From: an uncultured cyanobacterium
GTDB lineage: Bacteria; Cyanobacteriota; Cyanobacteriia; Phormidesmidales; Phormidesmidaceae
DNA length: 64,000 nt
Reading direction: 5' to 3'
Assembly: GCA_963793265.1 (NCBI GenBank)
Contig: CAWBZI010000006.1
Coordinates: forward strand, 448,001-512,000
Below, piece by piece: positions 59,227 through 64,000 of the stretch. A model generated the notes under the pieces. That model ran no database searches and had not been told where the DNA came from. It saw only the letters and a program-made list of their open reading frames with translations. The translations under genes and the position numbers were made by a program. Every line of letters starts with the position of its first letter. The stretch's first letter is position 1.

Positions 59227-59853
59227 TTGACTAAGCGCAGCATCGTATACATTGACGGTTTCAATTTCTACTATGGCGCTGTCAAAGGTACACCCTATAA
59301 GTGGCTAGATTTACAAAAGTATTTTTCGTTATTAAGAACAGACGATGATTTGCAAAAGATCTGGTACTTTAAGGCCAAAGTAAGTGGAGGCCAGCTTATC
59401 AGGCAAGAAACCTATTTCGATGCGATAAATGCTTCACCGTTAGTCGAGTTGGTTTTTGGTCTGTATAAACAGAAGCACTTGAAATGTCGTGTTAGGGCGT
59501 GTAAATACCCAGGAAATAAGGCTTACCAGGTTCCTGAAGAGAAAAGGACAGATGTCAACATAGCAGTGCAGATGCTCGATGATGCGTATCAAGGCACGTG
59601 CGACCGCATAATCTTAGTTTCGGGTGATTCTGACCTCGTGCCTGCGTTGCAGATGATTAAAAAAAGGCATCCGTTCATACAGATAACTGTTTACGTTCCC
59701 ACGAGAAACCCCAAAAGAGGTGCCGCCAGGGAACTAAGGAACGTTGCTGATAAAGACAGCAGCCTACCAACTCAGCTATTCTCAAAAGCTCAGCTTCCCC
59801 TGAGCATGATAGGTGCCTCGGGAAAGGTCATACAGAAGCCTAGTCGTTGGTAA
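59227..59853 (+). CDS. NYN-domain (PIN-like, LabA/DUF88) ribonuclease
   Basis: YIDGFNFYY, EEKRTDVNIA, LVSGDSDL; TTG start. Confidence 0.88.
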   Translation: MTKRSIVYIDGFNFYYGAVKGTPYKWLDLQKYFSLLRTDDDLQKIWYFKAKVSGGQLIRQETYFDAINASPLVELVFGLYKQKHLKCRVRACKYPGNKAYQVPEEKRTDVNIAVQMLDDAYQGTCDRIILVSGDSDLVPALQMIKKRHPFIQITVYVPTRNPKRGAARELRNVADKDSSLPTQLFSKAQLPLSMIGASGKVIQKPSRW

Positions 59854-59940
59854 CGCTTAAGCTAGGCTAAAACACATGTCTTACATCAGCCTTCTTATGT
59901 CATAATCAAAGACTGCGATTGACCAAAATACCGAAAGATC

Positions 59941-60129
59941 ATGGCAAAAGGCGTTCGTCTTGTAATCACACTTGAGTGTACTGAGTGCCGTAGCAACCCC
60001 GATAAGCGCTCTAACGGCGTTTCTCGCTACACCACTCAGAAGAACCGTCGCAACACGACGGCTCGCTTGGAGCTGAAAAAGTTCTGCACACACTGCAACA
60101 AGCACACAAACCACAAAGAAATCAAATAG
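59941..60129 (+). CDS. rpmG: 50S ribosomal protein L33
   Basis: ITLECTEC...[28 protein letters not shown]. Confidence 0.97.
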   Translation: MAKGVRLVITLECTECRSNPDKRSNGVSRYTTQKNRRNTTARLELKKFCTHCNKHTNHKEIK

Positions 60130-60277
60130 AGGCCAGTGTAGAAATCAGTGAGATAGGAAAAGGCCATAGGCGGCGTCAAGCCAGCTTGTCTGTTAGCAGC
60201 TTGTTTGCTAATACACTCCCTATCAACACATCATTTGCCCGCTTAAACGAAACGAAAATCACTAGAGAATAAGGATC

Positions 60278-60493
60278 ATGGCTTACTTTCGCCGTCGGGT
60301 TTCCCCGATTCAACCAGACGAAAAAATTGACTACAAAGACGTAGATTTGCTGCGTAAGTTTGTAACTGAGCGTGGCAAAATTTTGCCTCGTCGCATTACC
60401 GGACTTACCTCTAAGCAGCAGCGCGATTTGACGAAGGCGATTAAGCGCGCTCGCATCGTAGCGCTATTGCCCTATGTGAACGAAGACGGCTAG
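60278..60493 (+). CDS. rpsR: 30S ribosomal protein S18
   Basis: [26 protein letters not shown]. Confidence 0.97.
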   Translation: MAYFRRRVSPIQPDEKIDYKDVDLLRKFVTERGKILPRRITGLTSKQQRDLTKAIKRARIVALLPYVNEDG

Positions 60494-60568
60494 AGAAGCG
60501 TCGATTCGTTGGATCACTGTTGGCTCACTAAAAGACGAATCACTCAGATTAAATTGAAAGTAAATAAT

Positions 60569-60626
60569 AGCTATCGGCGCTCAGCAGAAGACTGCTACTT
60601 TTGAAGAGAGCGCCGGTAGCTTTTTT
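60569..60626 (+). terminator. Intrinsic terminator after rpsR
   Basis: AGCTATCGGCGCTC ... GAGCGCCGGTAGCT followed by a T-run. Confidence 0.7.
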
Positions 60627-60656
60627 GATGGCGATAAATAAGTAGGTGACGGTTTC

Positions 60657-62777
60657 GTGGAAAAGGGCAGGCTAGTTGAGTTTAAGCAAAAAGGCGAACC
60701 TTTGCTGGCCGTTGCCGATCGCCCTGAAGGCAAAAAGAACTGGATACTAATCGATCAGCGCGGCCAGGCTCATACAATCCATCCACGCCAGGTCATTTAC
60801 GAGATTCCAGGAGAGCCGGTTGAGTCTTCTAAGGAAATTGAAGGATTTGTCGCTGAGGCTGAGGGCTACATTGACCCGGATAATTTGGAGGTGGCCTGGG
60901 AGCTGCTGACTGAATTAGAAGAGTCTGCAACGCCTGCCTCTTTGGCGCAGCTTTTGTTCTCTGAGCAAAACCCGACGATGTGCTACGCGGCGCATCGAAT
61001 GCTGAGCGATGACAAGCTGTACTTTAAGCAAAAGGGCGATGTTTACGAACCGCGTCCAGCGACTCAGGTAGAAGATCTTCAGCTTAAGATTAAGCGCGAG
61101 GCAGAGAGAGAGGCGGAGTGGGAAGGCTTTTTGAGTCGGGCGAAGGCGCGTTTGGGTGAGGCTGAAGAGGTGGCGGAAGTCCCTGAGTTTGAGAAGAGCG
61201 ATCGCCCCCGGCTTGAAATTCTCGAACGCTTTGCCCTGCTAGGTGATGAGTCGAGCCAAAAAACCGCTGCCCAAGATATTCTTACGGCGCTAGGCCGAGA
61301 CAAGTTTTCCGATGTCGCCTTTCAAACGCTCGTAGATCTGGGCATCTGGGATGAGCACGAAAATCTGGCGCTGCGTCGCCGTCAGATTCCTACTCAGTTT
61401 CCCGAAGAGATTAACGACGCCATTGAGAAGGTGCTGGCCGATCCGCCAGATATTGATGAGGCCAATCGGGTTGATTTAACCCACCTGAAGCTCTACACCG
61501 TAGATGACGAGAGCACTAGAGAAATTGACGATGGCCTGAGCTGTGAGACGCTGCCTGACGGGCGGCAAAAGCTGTGGATTCATATTGCCGATCCGACGCG
61601 CTGGCTATCGCCGGGTGACGTGTTAGACAGTGAGGCTCGTAAGCGCTGCACAACCGTGTATTTGCCAACGGGTGTGATTCCGATGTTTCCGTTTGAGCTG
61701 GCGGCTGGGCCAATGAGCCTGGTGCAGGGCAAAGTCTGCTGCGCGCTGAGCTTTGGTGTGGTGCTGGCTGAAGATGGCGCGGTGGCAGAGTTTAGCATTC
61801 AGCCGAGCCTGGTGAAGCCGACGTACCGGCTCACCTATGAAGATGCCGATGAGATGATTGAGCTGGGGGTAGAGGCTGAAGGGGAAATGTTGGCGATCGC
61901 ATCGCTTGCCAAACAGCGTCTCACTTGGCGCAAAGCCCAGGGTGCTATCAGCATTCACCTCCCCGAGTCATCGATTAAAGTAGACCGCAGCACCGACGAC
62001 ATCACGATCACAATGTTGGAGTCATCAGTCTCACGTGAGATGGTCGCTGAAATGATGATTTTGACCAGTGAAGTCGCGGCCCGCTATGCCGAAGAGAACA
62101 GCCTGCCGATTCCTTATCGCTCCCAGCCTCAGCCCGAGCTTCCACCTGACGAGGAGCTAATGCAGCTAGAGGCTGGCTGGGTGCGAGACTCTGCTATTCG
62201 TCGCTGTATGACCCGAAGCGAGATGGGCATTGTGCCGAGTCGCCACGCCACGCTGGGTCTGGAAAGCTACTCTCAGGTCACCTCACCTATTCGTCGCTAC
62301 ACCGATTTAATGGGTCACTTTCAAATTAAGGCTCATCTGCGTGGTGATGAGCTGCCTTTCTCTGAAGCGGCGCTAACTGAGACGATTATGGTGGTGGCCA
62401 ATGCCGCTTATGAAGCGGTGCTGGTGGAACGGCAGACGAAGAAGTATTGGGCGATTGAGTATTTGAGGCGGCAAGATGAGCGCGATCGCGGCCAAATGTG
62501 GGAAGTGCAGATGGTGCGCTGGCTTCGAGAACATGAGTTCTTGGGCCTAATTATCTTCGAAGACTTAGGTCTAGAATTTGCCATGCGCTTTGATCGGGCA
62601 GTGGGCTTAGGCGAAAGAATCAACGTACAGGTAAGCTTTGCTGATCCGCGTCAGGAAATGATTCGGTTCAAAGAAGTGCGGGCGGTAGAGCCGGAAGCAG
62701 TAGAGCCCGAGGCTGAGATACCTTCAGAAGATTCGCTAGAAGAAAAACTTGCAACAGTTGATGTGGAAGAGGAGTAG
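60657..62777 (+). CDS. RNase II/R family (RNB domain) exoribonuclease
   Basis: TVDDESTREIDDGLS, IHIADP, YSQVTSPIRRYTDL. Confidence 0.93.
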   Translation: MEKGRLVEFKQKGEPLLAVADRPEGKKNWILIDQRGQAHTIHPRQVIYEIPGEPVESSKEIEGFVAEAEGYIDPDNLEVAWELLTELEESATPASLAQLLFSEQNPTMCYAAHRMLSDDKLYFKQKGDVYEPRPATQVEDLQLKIKREAEREAEWEGFLSRAKARLGEAEEVAEVPEFEKSDRPRLEILERFALLGDESSQKTAAQDILTALGRDKFSDVAFQTLVDLGIWDEHENLALRRRQIPTQFPEEINDAIEKVLADPPDIDEANRVDLTHLKLYTVDDESTREIDDGLSCETLPDGRQKLWIHIADPTRWLSPGDVLDSEARKRCTTVYLPTGVIPMFPFELAAGPMSLVQGKVCCALSFGVVLAEDGAVAEFSIQPSLVKPTYRLTYEDADEMIELGVEAEGEMLAIASLAKQRLTWRKAQGAISIHLPESSIKVDRSTDDITITMLESSVSREMVAEMMILTSEVAARYAEENSLPIPYRSQPQPELPPDEELMQLEAGWVRDSAIRRCMTRSEMGIVPSRHATLGLESYSQVTSPIRRYTDLMGHFQIKAHLRGDELPFSEAALTETIMVVANAAYEAVLVERQTKKYWAIEYLRRQDERDRGQMWEVQMVRWLREHEFLGLIIFEDLGLEFAMRFDRAVGLGERINVQVSFADPRQEMIRFKEVRAVEPEAVEPEAEIPSEDSLEEKLATVDVEEE

Positions 62778-62789
62778 CGGAGTTTCCTC

Positions 62790-63575
62790 GTGATGACAGA
62801 TGAGCCTGATCTCAGCGCACTGAGCGAGCACCTAGGCTTGATGCTTGCTAATTGTAATGACGCTATTGCTAATGGTCTTTTAATAGAGCGTCAATCTAAA
62901 ACAGACAAAGAGTTTCACTTCCAAAACTGGTTCCAAAGAAGATTGGAAGCTCAATCGATAGATTTTGATGAGCCTGGTCGGAACACATATCCTGACTTTA
63001 GGCTGGTGCATCAGCCATTAGGTTATGAAATCAAAGGGTTAGCTTTTCCAGGTAGATTGAATGACTATGACTGCAATAGCCAAATGCCGCATGGTATACA
63101 TAGAGGCCGTCATATTTTTTACGTTTTTGGACGCTATCCTGCGAAGCCAGAGTCTGATAGCTACAGTGTGCATGATCTCATAATTTGTCATGGCTCACTG
63201 TTGAATGCTAATAAAAATTACATTCACAAAAATAAGAGCGTTCGAGGCATGGGGAGCTACGGCGATATTTTGCTACGTGATCGCAAAATGTACGTAGCAC
63301 CAACTCCTTTTGGTCTGTTGCAAGGCGTAGAGCGTCAAGTAACGCTAATACTGCCAGCTCATTGGCCGCATCCGTCCGCTACGACTGCTGTTGGCACCAT
63401 TACTCGAACTGAAGCTGATAGCATTATGACGGGGTACACATTCGATTTGACTTCAAATGAGCTAACCGCTCAGTATGCTAGCAATCCAGCAGCTATCGGA
63501 CAGCACTCTTTTGTGGCCTACCGAGCTGTAGAAGCTCCCGGCCCTCCTGTTGCTCTTCGTGAGATATTAGTTTGA
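62790..63575 (+). CDS. Putative type II restriction endonuclease
   Basis: YPDF...GYEIKG (PD...ExK); directly upstream of a C5-MTase. Confidence 0.72.
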   Translation: MMTDEPDLSALSEHLGLMLANCNDAIANGLLIERQSKTDKEFHFQNWFQRRLEAQSIDFDEPGRNTYPDFRLVHQPLGYEIKGLAFPGRLNDYDCNSQMPHGIHRGRHIFYVFGRYPAKPESDSYSVHDLIICHGSLLNANKNYIHKNKSVRGMGSYGDILLRDRKMYVAPTPFGLLQGVERQVTLILPAHWPHPSATTAVGTITRTEADSIMTGYTFDLTSNELTAQYASNPAAIGQHSFVAYRAVEAPGPPVALREILV

Positions 63576-63576
63576 A

Positions 63577-64000
63577 ATGACTAAGGCATTGCACAACAAA
63601 TATTCTGTAGTAGGTTTGTGCTCGGGCGCTGGTGGGTTGGATCTGGGGTTTGAGCTGGCAGGCTTTCATCACACGTATGCTATCGATAGCGATGCTTGGG
63701 CCACTCAAACGCTAGCTCGAAATCGCCCTAAGTGGAACGTTGAGTGCGGTGATATTCAAGATCTAACGCTGAAAAAAGACTCTGTAGATGTTCTACTAGC
63801 AGGTGTTCCTTGTCAGGGCTTTTCGCTAGGCGGCAATCGGGAAGATGAAGACCCGCGAAATCAGCTATACAAGCATGTGTTGAGGATTGCGATCACAGCA
63901 TCACCGCGAGTAATTGTCATTGAGAACGTTTTGAACCTTCGTACGATGAAGTCGCCCGAAACGGGCAAATCCTTTGCGGCTCAAATCTCTGAAGATTTGA
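63577..64000 (+). CDS. DNA (cytosine-5) methyltransferase, partial (runs off the window; absent from the ORF track)
   Basis: Translated by hand: MTKALHNKYSVVGLCSGAGGLDLGFELAGF...AGVPCQGFS...VIENV. Confidence 0.92.
   Translation, partial: MTKALHNKYSVVGLCSGAGGLDLGFELAGFHHTYAIDSDAWATQTLARNRPKWNVECGDIQDLTLKKDSVDVLLAGVPCQGFSLGGNREDEDPRNQLYKHVLRIAITASPRVIVIENVLNLRTMKSPETGKSFAAQISEDL

Overview
Cyanobacterial chromosome segment (abundant HIP1 octamer GCGATCGC, phycobiliprotein genes; gene style suggests a Leptolyngbya/Phormidesmis-like strain, which is inference). The left half (1-33 kb) is accessory and defence-rich. It holds a P-loop ATPase plus a 1655-aa TPR/STAND-NTPase/WD40 gene pair, and an orphan type I-D-like CRISPR array (11 identical 37-bp repeats, 10 spacers, leader on the left, no cas genes) whose last repeat abuts a tyrosine-recombinase C-terminal remnant. 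It also holds an N4/N6-MTase + REase pair, several decayed or orphan toxin-antitoxin genes, an AIM24 triplet + M48 peptidase, a HEAT-metallophosphoesterase, ureEF, a sigma/DUF1822/CHAT-TM/CPBP protease operon, an orphan peptide exporter and a MITE inserted in a REP-like palindrome. The right half (33.9-59 kb) is a large phycocyanin/phycoerythrin cluster (cpcBAEF, pebAB, cpeU, aplA, cpeC-E-S-T-R, cpcT/S, nblA/nblB, cpeBA-Z, cpeF, cpeY and further lyases) interrupted by a C-protein/REase/C5-MTase system and a CLC channel. It is followed by an NYN nuclease with a promoter-structured RNA-terminator leader, rpmG-rpsR, an RNB exoribonuclease and a third RM system running off the window end. The best candidates for undescribed systems are the sigma-DUF1822-CHAT-CPBP proteolytic module, the CRISPR/integrase junction, the NYN + leader RNA unit and the structured-leader small gene at 12.2-12.8 kb. 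No searches were run; family assignments rest on motif recognition.
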